A DNA stretch of 39,882 nucleotides from a virus. The number at the start of each line of letters is the position of its first letter. The stretch's first letter is position 1. Below the pieces are notes generated by a model. The model saw only the letters and a program-made list of their open reading frames with translations, searched no databases and was not told the DNA's origin. This document shows positions 26,070 through 34,555 of this stretch, piece after piece. Both the position numbers and the translations under genes were made by a program. The DNA is taken from positions 1-39,882 of the IMG/VR virus record IMGVR_UViG_3300035698_014481; one strand, 5' to 3'.

Positions 26070-26336
26070 TCATCGTTGACACAAAACCAAACCTGTTACG
26101 GCGGTCGTGTCACTTCTTGTCATTGTAATCACATTCGTTGCGTATGTCATTGTTTCTAGCGTATCATCTGAATCAACCAGATTTGCTACGATGACTTTAC
26201 TTACGTTTGCGATAGTGATAGTGTCATTCTGAGCTGCTCGATCTGTTGATTCGAGATAGCCCAAGAATACACCACCATTAGTCTTTCCACCATTGGGTGA
26301 GACTTCTTTAACGGATGCATATACATTTGTTGCCAT
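26070..26336 (-). CDS. Small beta-rich protein, possible head decoration/accessory protein
   Basis: Track ORF immediately downstream of the major capsid gene. Confidence 0.45.
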   Translation of the reverse strand: MATNVYASVKEVSPNGGKTNGGVFLGYLESTDRAAQNDTITIANVSKVIVANLVDSDDTLETMTYATNVITMTRSDTTAVTGLVLCQR

Positions 26337-26350
26337 TTGAAATCACCTAA

Positions 26351-27502
26351 CTAAAGGATCTCTCCAACGAACGAATTGAATGCAGTGTTTCTGATGATCA
26401 AAGTTTCATACACCTTTAGCATGAATTTTCGACTATCATTCGTATGTGCAAGGTCTTCATATGTAAGATCTTGAAGTACGCGCATCTCTGTATTTCCTTG
26501 TAATTGAAGGAAGTATAGAGCTTTGCTACCACTAACGTTTGACATAAACATCGATGGTACAACTGGGATTGCTCCGACCATTGTATTCAACGTGATTGCT
26601 TGGAATCCCCAAGAAACCTGTGAAACACTCTGAAGGTAACCAATCTTAGCCGTTAATAACTTCATAAGATCTGTAAAGACTGCACTTGAACAGATACCAA
26701 CTTCTGGTCGTCCACCATCATCAAAAGCATACTGGACTACAGTATTAATATCGTCTAATGATAGAGCTGCCGAATTCTTGTCAAGCTTATTCGTTGTAGA
26801 TTGCAAAACAATAAATCCACTGAATTCTGATCCATCTGGATTTCCTACAACTCCTGACGTTGTTGCGTTTCCGTTAACAATTAGATTTTCTTCAAGTTCT
26901 CGAATCTCTCGAGTCTTTACAAGAACCTCTGTCTGCATAGCGTTAGGTGCTCCTTGATCATTAAATGGACCAACTGCACCAGATCCTGGCATCATTCCCA
27001 TCAAAACATATGAAGGTTGTGCTGCTTGTGAAGGACCTGTGATACGTCCTATCGAGTATAGAAACTTGATAGCCGTACTGTTTCTCGCGTATGTAGTGTT
27101 TGTTTCACTAAGTGCTGCATCTTCTGCTGCTGTGAACGCTCCACCTTTAGCGGTGATATTGTTAAAGTCTGCATACATTCCCATGTTAGTAACACGTGGT
27201 ATAATTTCAACAATAGGTGTATTCTTTCGGGTTTCGTCAACTATCTGTGGGTCTACAAAGATTGGAATCATTGCATATCCAGCAGTACCTGCTCCGCCTG
27301 ATGTTGTCGTGTGTGCTTTTATTCCGGTTTGGAAAGCACTGTTAATAGCCCCTCTCGAGTCTACTGTGTAAGTAGGTTCACTTGAAACTAAAGACTTCAT
27401 ATTCATTTGCTGATAACATGTTTTATTTTGCATGTTACCGAAACTCTGCGAATATGCTGCCTCAGGAACGAAGTTAGATCCTACTGATCCGGTTTGTGCC
27501 AT
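26351..27502 (-). CDS. Major capsid protein (HK97-fold type)
   Basis: 383 aa, directly downstream of the prohead protease-scaffold gene. Size and order are typical. No diagnostic motif checked by eye. Confidence 0.75.
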   Translation of the reverse strand: MAQTGSVGSNFVPEAAYSQSFGNMQNKTCYQQMNMKSLVSSEPTYTVDSRGAINSAFQTGIKAHTTTSGGAGTAGYAMIPIFVDPQIVDETRKNTPIVEIIPRVTNMGMYADFNNITAKGGAFTAAEDAALSETNTTYARNSTAIKFLYSIGRITGPSQAAQPSYVLMGMMPGSGAVGPFNDQGAPNAMQTEVLVKTREIRELEENLIVNGNATTSGVVGNPDGSEFSGFIVLQSTTNKLDKNSAALSLDDINTVVQYAFDDGGRPEVGICSSAVFTDLMKLLTAKIGYLQSVSQVSWGFQAITLNTMVGAIPVVPSMFMSNVSGSKALYFLQLQGNTEMRVLQDLTYEDLAHTNDSRKFMLKVYETLIIRNTAFNSFVGEIL

Positions 27503-27512
27503 TTGCTTTACC

Positions 27513-28586
27513 TCATTGAATTAGTCCCAGTGGAGTTTTTAGTTCTCCTCCGAGCTTTAATGTAGTTATTCTTTCTATATACCCTTTTATGATCGGTTCA
27601 TTCATCTGTGCTTTCAATTTAATTAATTCCTCTTCATTTGATTGAAGCTTAGATTTAATTGCTTGCAGAGGACCTGCAGCGACTTTGTCAACGTTAGCTT
27701 GCTGTAGTTCTCCTTCGATGACTGTCTTGTCAGCCTGAACAACTGCAAGTTTATCACGAAGATCCTTTGTTTCATTCTCTGATTTTTCAACACGAGCAGC
27801 AAGTTCTTTAATCTGTGTGTCTGTAGCAGACAGCTCTGGTGTTGGTACAACAGGAGCTGGTTCTGCAGGTGCAGGAACGACTGGTGCTACTGGTGCAACA
27901 GGAGCTGGTTCAGCTGGTGCTGGTGCTGGTGCTACTGGAGCGGGAATTGTTGGTTCTACTGGTACTGTATTTCCATTATTATTTTCTTCTGGCATTTTGG
28001 TATCCTCCATAGATTTAATATAAGATTTAAGTGCAGGTGCAAAGGTCGCATTTGGATTAACTGGGTTGCCAGTTAATGTGACATTCACGAGATTCCAAGC
28101 ATCGATGAATCGTTGCTTAACTCCATTAACAACCTTCTCTGCGAACTTAACCGCATATCCAGCTATACTGAAACTGTGCAAAAACCCGTCCTTGATACTG
28201 TTCCACACTTCTTTAAACCTAGGATTATTTGAATTGATCTCGACCTTTGCCCAAACTCCTCGCTCTTTGAGCTCAGCGTCGACAATCTTGCCGATAGGTA
28301 TGATTCCACCTTTTGGTGTATTAAGAAGATCTTGTGGCCCATTATCAGGATTAGCTGCTCCACCTGGTTTTTTAAACCATACTTCATGATCCATATCGAG
28401 TGTAATTTGTTTATTCTTGACTTGAACAAGAAGATCTCTCTGGCCAGTCATAGTGACTACCTCACCCATATCATCAGGATCAATGGTTGATATATAGCCT
28501 TCCACGTAATGTTTCTGGCCACCTTTTAGACCTACAGTTGACCACTGCAGTCCTCCCATTTGGTATGTAAATTGTTTCTGGTCCAT
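27513..28586 (-). CDS. Prohead protease (HK97/S78-like) fused to a Pro/Ala/Val linker and a coiled-coil scaffold-like tail
   Basis: EGYISTIDPDDMGEVV, DMDHEV (His), GFLHSFSIAGYA (Ser) fit the S78 pattern. Linker PVEPTIPAPVAPAPAPAEPAPVAPVAPVVPAPAEPAPVVP. C-terminal heptad-like region. Start moved to ATG 28586, 1 nt after the upstream stop. Confidence 0.7.
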   Translation of the reverse strand: MDQKQFTYQMGGLQWSTVGLKGGQKHYVEGYISTIDPDDMGEVVTMTGQRDLLVQVKNKQITLDMDHEVWFKKPGGAANPDNGPQDLLNTPKGGIIPIGKIVDAELKERGVWAKVEINSNNPRFKEVWNSIKDGFLHSFSIAGYAVKFAEKVVNGVKQRFIDAWNLVNVTLTGNPVNPNATFAPALKSYIKSMEDTKMPEENNNGNTVPVEPTIPAPVAPAPAPAEPAPVAPVAPVVPAPAEPAPVVPTPELSATDTQIKELAARVEKSENETKDLRDKLAVVQADKTVIEGELQQANVDKVAAGPLQAIKSKLQSNEEELIKLKAQMNEPIIKGYIERITTLKLGGELKTPLGLIQ

Positions 28587-28587
28587 T

Positions 28588-28947
28588 TTATTCGTCCGAT
28601 AAGTATACAAGAATACGCGCCACTCCTGCATTTCCACCTTGGGCAATGACAACCTTTATGGTTCCTGTCAAAAACATCTTGCATCCTGCGTCTGTAAATG
28701 CTGATGCATCTGCTACTTTAGATGGGATAGCTCGCACATAATATGAAGCATTAGCTTGTGCCTGATCTGTGATGGTTGTGATAGCTTCACTATATGAATC
28801 CTCACATGTGATAGTAATATCTGCTGTTGATGCTAATGATGTGTTGACGTTAACTACCTTCTCAAGAAAGCCTCTCGCTTGGACAGTACTTGTAAGTGTC
28901 AATGACCCGTCTGCTGCGGCTGTTCCTGTTAATTCGATGATTTGCAT
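28588..28947 (-). CDS. Hypothetical head-associated protein (119 aa from ATG 28947)
   Basis: GAGGT lies 6 nt before ATG 28947 (MQIIELTG...). Confidence 0.5.
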   Translation of the reverse strand: MQIIELTGTAAADGSLTLTSTVQARGFLEKVVNVNTSLASTADITITCEDSYSEAITTITDQAQANASYYVRAIPSKVADASAFTDAGCKMFLTGTIKVVIAQGGNAGVARILVYLSDE

Positions 28948-28949
28948 TT

Positions 28950-29567
28950 TTATACCTCGACCATCAGCCTTGTTCTGCAATACACATGAAAAGGAGGCTG
29001 ACTTTGATCAATAACCTTTCCTGCTACTAGGACTTTAAAATTCTTATCCATTGAAATCGCCTTGTCAGGTGATCCATATTTAGTATTCATCTTTGAGCAT
29101 ATAGGTGATGTTCTGCTATCCATATGAACTGATACCCATTTCTTTATATCGATACCAAGCTTTTGATTTGCTTCGTTTGCTGCGTCAAGTCGACCAGCGT
29201 TCTGAGCTCGATTAAATTCGGTTCGAGCAATCATCGCCGCTCTATTCTCACCAACCTTCATAACTTCCTTGACTCGTTGCTTAATTTGAGCAACTGACTC
29301 ATTGTTTAACAACGCGGCCATGAGAGTCTGTCTCATCTTGTCAACAAGATCGTCTGTCATGCCTTTAATATTGTCGAATGTGTATGTCTCAAAAAATTTA
29401 AGTTTCTCTGTATTGCCGATAAGATTTACATTAACAAGCTTTTCAACGTCATTCACTCCAATATCATAGCTTTGCTTTAATTCGTTATGTACAAGTTCTG
29501 GGTTGATCTTAATATCCATGATATTAGCAATCCTCTTGACCATATCCTCAACTGATCTACTGGACAT
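28950..29567 (-). CDS. Head morphogenesis protein, SPP1 gp7 / Mu F-like
   Basis: ARTEFNRAQNAGRL and the C-terminal PPFHVYCRTRL resemble the conserved Mu F family blocks. Lies directly after the portal gene. Confidence 0.65.
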   Translation of the reverse strand: MSSRSVEDMVKRIANIMDIKINPELVHNELKQSYDIGVNDVEKLVNVNLIGNTEKLKFFETYTFDNIKGMTDDLVDKMRQTLMAALLNNESVAQIKQRVKEVMKVGENRAAMIARTEFNRAQNAGRLDAANEANQKLGIDIKKWVSVHMDSRTSPICSKMNTKYGSPDKAISMDKNFKVLVAGKVIDQSQPPFHVYCRTRLMVEV

Positions 29568-31164
29568 TTTGCAAACTTCCCTCCTCTATTTGAGCGAAAG
29601 CCTTGTCAATTAGTTTTGCTTTATCACGAATCTGTTTAATAAGAGCACTTTCGAGCTCAGTTTTTAATTTTGATTTGATATTCTTCTTATTGTCGTCATC
29701 TTTCTCTTGCTTCGGATTATTATCTCCGAAACCATTAAATGACTGCTCACGATCCATTTCTTTCTGCTGATTCTCATCTTTCTGCTTGACTAGTTCCGCA
29801 ACATCGATACCCTCTTCTTCAGCAACCATCTCTGCTGTTTTGATTCCGATTTCTGTCTGGATCTTATAAAGCTCGTGTTTTTTAATTTCCTCGTCGAGAT
29901 CATAGTCATCCCATTTAAACATAAGTTTGGGCTCACCGAACTCAGGCATGAGTTCCATGTTGATACGTTCAGCAATAAGATTCAAGATAGGCCTCACTGC
30001 TTTCTTAGCATACCTCTTTGATTGTGTATCTGACACAGCTTTGTTACTGTCCTCAAAGAATCCCATGTCATCAGCACTCAATCCGAATGCCATCCATATG
30101 ATTTTTGTGAACCATTGCTGTTGTTCAAGAATCTGCATTTCACGAGCAGGTAACTGGAATGGAACGAATTCTGGTTTTAAAGAGGTGATTGGGACTTTGT
30201 AACCAATACGTCGCCAAAACCCAGTTACCGTGTCTTTCTCTCGTGTTTGTCCGTCCATACGTCTTCGCATCGCATCGATCTGTGGTTTGTTTGCGCCAAG
30301 AACAGAAATGATACCTTCTGGCATGTTGTTATTCATATAAAAATCAAGATTGTATTGTGCTCCATATACGAGCGTGAGTATAATATCAGCTAAGATGGCA
30401 ACTGGGCTTGTTCCATATATACTATCTGAGCGTGGGTTGTTCATAAAATAAACAACTTCTCTCTTTCCAAACGGTATAGGCATCGATGCAGTAACCCATC
30501 CATATTGAAAGTATGCAGCTTTGTTCTTTGCAAAGAAATCATAATACTTGATAACCATTGGATCGTTCTGAACACTCACATCTAAACCACGTACAGGCCA
30601 AACGATGTCATCTCTGTTGCCAATGTAGCCGTGAATATCAGGATTCTTTAAAAACGATGCACCATCTCTAGCAAAGATTTGGACCATTTCACCCATTCGG
30701 TTGAATACTTTGACCCATATCCCAGAATCATATGTGCATATATCGCGCACACATGCTTTGATTAGGTGAGAAAAACCCTCCTTGTTGCCGTTCGGATTTA
30801 TTAAAAATTCTGTAATGTCTTGTGTTTTCTTCTCGAGTTCGGGAGTCATAGTATCTTTTTTAGAGTCCTTTAATGTAATCTCCCATTTGTTTGTTGCTGC
30901 TTCTTCTGAAAGAGTTCTTATCACTGAGAATATATAACCGTTCTTAGCAAATGTATTCAACAAAGGAAGATTTTCCTCACGAGGATATCCGTAAGGAGGT
31001 TTATATAAAAACTTAGGAATATAAGATTTAAATATTCCACCCTCGATACCCACACGCTCGACAACGTCGCCCCCAGGCTCAGTGGGGGTAGAAGTCGTTG
31101 CAGAGTTAGTTTTCAAGGTAGGGGAAGAAAACATGTTGGAAAAAAAAGATTTAAAAGTAGGCAT
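29557..31164 (-). CDS. Portal protein
   Basis: 535 aa, upstream of the MuF-like/protease/capsid genes, with an acidic C-terminal tail. Size and order are typical. Confidence 0.75.
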   Translation of the reverse strand: MPTFKSFFSNMFSSPTLKTNSATTSTPTEPGGDVVERVGIEGGIFKSYIPKFLYKPPYGYPREENLPLLNTFAKNGYIFSVIRTLSEEAATNKWEITLKDSKKDTMTPELEKKTQDITEFLINPNGNKEGFSHLIKACVRDICTYDSGIWVKVFNRMGEMVQIFARDGASFLKNPDIHGYIGNRDDIVWPVRGLDVSVQNDPMVIKYYDFFAKNKAAYFQYGWVTASMPIPFGKREVVYFMNNPRSDSIYGTSPVAILADIILTLVYGAQYNLDFYMNNNMPEGIISVLGANKPQIDAMRRRMDGQTREKDTVTGFWRRIGYKVPITSLKPEFVPFQLPAREMQILEQQQWFTKIIWMAFGLSADDMGFFEDSNKAVSDTQSKRYAKKAVRPILNLIAERINMELMPEFGEPKLMFKWDDYDLDEEIKKHELYKIQTEIGIKTAEMVAEEEGIDVAELVKQKDENQQKEMDREQSFNGFGDNNPKQEKDDDNKKNIKSKLKTELESALIKQIRDKAKLIDKAFAQIEEGSLQNVQ

Positions 31165-31200
31165 ATTATATTATATATGCCTACACCTTTATATGTCTTA

Positions 31201-31683
31201 TTATAGATTGTCTATAAAGTCGATCTGTTTCTTCTGTTTATCCATAGCATCAAGAATCATCTCGCGATTCTTTTTAGCGTCGACATACATGTGGCAATCC
31301 TGGGAAAATTTATCCAGATGCTTAAGTTTCTTCATATACTTCCTTTTGTCTACTGTCTTGTTGATTGTCGCAAGGAGCTGAGCCATCTTGTCTACTTGAT
31401 CAATCTCTCCGATCCGTTGAATCACATCATCAGCCGCCTTGAGTCTATCTTCAAACATATCATACTGCTCTTGGAGATACACCCTTAACGTTGGAATAGA
31501 TTGCATGAAGATTCTATTCTCAACATGGTATGATGGCTGCATTCCTACAGTAAATTTGCCTGATTTAGTCGATATCTCAACTTTTTTTTGAGGATACTCA
31601 ATATCTGCAACAATGTCGCCGTTATCCAATACTTTCAACATTTCTTCATCTTTTTTGTTTTCATTCATTTTTAAAACTCTCAA
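31201..31683 (-). CDS. Hypothetical protein
   Basis: Track ORF, helical Lys/Asp/Glu-rich. Confidence 0.5.
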   Translation of the reverse strand: MRVLKMNENKKDEEMLKVLDNGDIVADIEYPQKKVEISTKSGKFTVGMQPSYHVENRIFMQSIPTLRVYLQEQYDMFEDRLKAADDVIQRIGEIDQVDKMAQLLATINKTVDKRKYMKKLKHLDKFSQDCHMYVDAKKNREMILDAMDKQKKQIDFIDNL

Positions 31684-32098
31684 TTTTTTTGATTTGATCT
31701 GGAGTCAAATCAATAAACACAGCATTACTTTCCTGTAAATTTACAAAATCCGATCTAACAATGGAGAGTGCATTTCCATCAATATCACAAGTGAGTGGAT
31801 GTTTGTTTTTACTATCTATTTTATCATATATAAGATTAAATTCTTGTTCTGCAATTGGATAAGGATACCCTCGTGCATCGACAGCCAAATATCCATCCTC
31901 ACAATATAATGCCCCTTCAGATGTTATAATTGTGAAACCTCCATCTATCCTAGTTGCACGTGTATTTACTTTCTTACAGTATGTACACCACTTAGCATCT
32001 TTTAATTTCTCTTTGAAATCAACAATACTAAATGTTGGCATTATTGTTGAAGATATACTCCCATCTTCTCGTGTTACAATATTTTGTTTTTCATTCAT
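31661..32098 (-). CDS. Hypothetical protein
   Basis: Track ORF with ATGA overlap to the upstream stop. Confidence 0.5.
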   Translation of the reverse strand: MNEKQNIVTREDGSISSTIMPTFSIVDFKEKLKDAKWCTYCKKVNTRATRIDGGFTIITSEGALYCEDGYLAVDARGYPYPIAEQEFNLIYDKIDSKNKHPLTCDIDGNALSIVRSDFVNLQESNAVFIDLTPDQIKKIESFKNE

Positions 32099-32364
32099 TG
32101 TTTAATCACCCTTCGGTTTTTCACATCTATTTCAATCTCACGCTGACCGTCCACATTCCATGGACAGTCTTTGTAATTGATATTAACATTCTCTCTCATA
32201 GTACATTTATTGATCGGACCTATCTTGCGCCCGAGTCTGGCATTGTACACACGGCACAACGTCTTACCACTCTTCAGGACCACCAAATGTTTACACTTCT
32301 TATATGGAACACCATTCGAATCTCTAAGGAAACAGCATTGGCCACATCTTGAGCAGTTCAACAT
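32095..32364 (-). CDS. YkgJ/CxxCxxCC-family Cys-cluster protein
   Basis: MLNCSRCGQCCF followed by KCKHLVVLKSGKTLCRVYNAR fits the CxxCxxCC zinc/iron-chelating domain pattern. The track ORF opens at GTG 32382. Confidence 0.55.
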   Translation of the reverse strand: MLNCSRCGQCCFLRDSNGVPYKKCKHLVVLKSGKTLCRVYNARLGRKIGPINKCTMRENVNINYKDCPWNVDGQREIEIDVKNRRVIKQ

Positions 32365-32606
32365 ACGTCCAACATTCTCCACTCTCTACAATTAATGACA
32401 CGGAATTTTCCTTTTTTCTTCTCATATCCTTCATCACTATCATTTGGGACATTGTGCTCATAGTCGGACAAATGGATGATTTGTTGATCCCAATTGTAAA
32501 AGACCAGGACACCAAAAACAATACTCCCATCTTTCATTGGTACTTCAACACGCTCACCCAAGAAGTCTATGATTCTCGGCAGATCAGTTGGTTTAATTCT
32601 TTCCAT
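32358..32606 (-). CDS. Sm-like (LSm-fold) protein candidate
   Basis: IIDFLGERVEVPMKDGSIVFGVLVFYNWDQQIIHLSDYE follows the Sm1 pattern (h-x-x-h-G-x-x-V-x-V-x-h-K-x-G...G-x-L...h-h-h-L-x-D-x-E). The Sm2-like part, KFRVINCREWRML, is weak. Confidence 0.4.
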   Translation of the reverse strand: MERIKPTDLPRIIDFLGERVEVPMKDGSIVFGVLVFYNWDQQIIHLSDYEHNVPNDSDEGYEKKKGKFRVINCREWRMLDVC

Positions 32607-32621
32607 TTTTCTTCACCCACC

Positions 32622-32783
32622 CTACCAATATGGCTTGGGATAATTGTCCTTGTAATGACCCTTAATGCTATTAACTCTTTCCCTTTCAATCGCTTCAGCA
32701 CACTCAATACACATGTTCGACTTTCTTGTATTCGATCGATTGTATCGACTGAACCTTTTACCGCATCTCTTACACCATGACAT
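32622..32783 (-). CDS. Small zinc-ribbon protein (53 aa), below the track cut-off
   Basis: Own translation MSWCKRCGKRFSRYNRSNTRKSNMCIECAEAIERERVNSIKGHYKDNYPKPYW. GGTGG lies 4 nt before the ATG. Replaces the implausible 91-aa track ORF 32567..32842. Confidence 0.5.
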   Translation of the reverse strand: MSWCKRCGKRFSRYNRSNTRKSNMCIECAEAIERERVNSIKGHYKDNYPKPYW

Positions 32784-32792
32784 TCTACCACC

Positions 32793-34391
32793 CTAACAAT
32801 CCATAATTCCTCCACCACTTGTCTCCAAAGACAATCGCTCAAACGCTAATGAAAGAGCAATAGGAATATCACCATGAGGTCCAATCTCTACAAGCTTGCC
32901 ATCCTCAAGGGCATAGGTACAACATTCATCCATAATCATATGGGCAATCTGTTTGTCATGTTCCGTTTTGTACGGTATTCGAAACTTGTACCCTTCACCT
33001 AATCTGATGGATTCGTGATTGTTTTCAAACATAGTGCCTAATCTCTTGATAATTGCAACTTTACCAACCGTATGACGTTTATCTTTAAATTCATAATCTG
33101 AAGCAGATTGTTCAGGTCTCTTTCCGGCACTGTCTGCAGCACCCATCCAATACAATGTGTATGGGAAGTTATACTTCTTGATGTCATCACGCATGGATCT
33201 GATGCTGTTCTCTTCAAGAGCATTATCATCAAACTTATGCACACCTGTTAACATCTCCAGGTAATCAAACTGTTGAGTGATAGTCAGGCCCTTCTTGATC
33301 ATACAGGTAAGTAGATCGACGCATTCGGTATTCGCCCCGATCCCAAGAAACGCTGACTTATCAGCTGTAGCCCTGTCGCTAAATGCAAAATCTCCTCCAT
33401 TGATACGAATGTCATACTTCACATCGTGGTTGTCACCGAAACTAAATGTTTCATCGAAACAACTCTTTACCCATTCTCTCTTGATGAGTGCAGTCGAATC
33501 GTCAACAGGCTCATTCATGTACTCTGATTGGAAGGATGGAGTTCCTATCTCTTTACGTATATCATCAAGTCGAGACTTGTCATATAAATCTGAAAATATG
33601 ATTGTGTTCTCATCAATCTGTGTAGTTCCTTCTATAAACCGACAAGCCTTATACACCTTGCCATTACGTACGCGTAGCTTCTGTGCAAGCAGGCAATCAT
33701 GATGGATCAATGTCCCGACCATCTTAGTACCCTGGTTCTCAGCTGCAAGAGCTGGAATGATTTGTTTATTCATCTTGGCCATGTCACGAATCCTTAGCAC
33801 GGGATTGGTCACACGCTGGTCATCATCAATATCATCAAAGATCATGAGATCTGGTCTGAAGTTACCATATTTGAGCCCACGAATGTTCTTCTCAAATGAT
33901 AAAGCTCTTATACGTTGGCCATCTACATCGAAACAATCCTCACGATCTTTTCCATCTTCATCCTTAACTTCTGAGAACTTTGATTCTCCATAGATAAACT
34001 TAAACATCTTGTTAGTCTTAACCTCACGTCGTATAGGTTCTAAAAATTCAACAGACTTCTCGTGATTCTGTGATGTATAGACTAAGTATCTGAACCGGCG
34101 ATATGCCTTCATCCATAACACAAACCCCTGACCAATTAAGGTAGACTTACCATGACCACGTGGTGCAGCGACAACTGCATGCCCTGGCTTCTCAAACGCA
34201 CGAAAGATTTCCCAGTGCATTGCTGTGAATGGTTTGGTGAACGCGTGTGGAAGAATGAACCTACAGAACGTCTCAAAGTTTTCTGAAAAAGAAAAGAGAT
34301 ACTTCAGATACATGATGATCTGTCTTCTTGTCTTACCGCTTTTAACGATCGCGATACACTCGTCAACCGTCACTATTAATTCTTGATCCAT
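32793..34391 (-). CDS. terL: Terminase large subunit
   Basis: Walker A AAPRGHGKST and Walker B-like LMIFDDIDD. 532 aa, upstream of the portal module. Confidence 0.9.
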   Translation of the reverse strand: MDQELIVTVDECIAIVKSGKTRRQIIMYLKYLFSFSENFETFCRFILPHAFTKPFTAMHWEIFRAFEKPGHAVVAAPRGHGKSTLIGQGFVLWMKAYRRFRYLVYTSQNHEKSVEFLEPIRREVKTNKMFKFIYGESKFSEVKDEDGKDREDCFDVDGQRIRALSFEKNIRGLKYGNFRPDLMIFDDIDDDQRVTNPVLRIRDMAKMNKQIIPALAAENQGTKMVGTLIHHDCLLAQKLRVRNGKVYKACRFIEGTTQIDENTIIFSDLYDKSRLDDIRKEIGTPSFQSEYMNEPVDDSTALIKREWVKSCFDETFSFGDNHDVKYDIRINGGDFAFSDRATADKSAFLGIGANTECVDLLTCMIKKGLTITQQFDYLEMLTGVHKFDDNALEENSIRSMRDDIKKYNFPYTLYWMGAADSAGKRPEQSASDYEFKDKRHTVGKVAIIKRLGTMFENNHESIRLGEGYKFRIPYKTEHDKQIAHMIMDECCTYALEDGKLVEIGPHGDIPIALSLAFERLSLETSGGGIMDC

Positions 34392-34405
34392 TTGTGAGTA
34401 TAAAA

Positions 34406-34437
34406 CACCAATAACCCGACATGTCGGGTTATTGGTG
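34406..34437. repeat. Perfect 32-bp palindrome (hairpin with up to 14-16 bp stem) 14 nt upstream of the terL ATG
   Basis: CACCAATAACCCGACATGTCGGGTTATTGGTG equals its own reverse complement. On the minus strand it is followed by TTTTATACTCACAAATG. Confidence 0.9.
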
Positions 34438-34555
34438 CCCAGTACATTAGCAAAGCGTCATTCGGGATGTAAGCTAAAATCAGTTGGTATGGTATTAAAT
34501 GCGCGTAGCCCGAATTCATTCATGCAAATCTCATTGTTTTTACCCAACAAAACGA

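Noticed and set aside
27837-27965. Repetitive GCTGG/GGTGC-rich DNA that looked like a tandem repeat array
   Set aside because: It is the coding sequence of a Pro/Ala/Val linker inside the protease-scaffold ORF, which stays open through it.
32567-32842. 91-aa minus-strand track ORF overlapping the terL 3' end
   Set aside because: It overlaps terL by 50 nt and has no RBS. A different frame gives a 53-aa CxxC...CxxC zinc ribbon (32622-32783) with a GGTGG RBS placed right after the terL stop.
33277-33702. 141-aa plus-strand ORF (and the 143-aa ORF at 32349..32780 and 156-aa ORF at 24704..25174) antisense to terL, the accessory island and the connector genes
   Set aside because: They run antisense to well-supported genes, with no RBS and odd composition. 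Such shadow ORFs are typical in AT-rich genomes.
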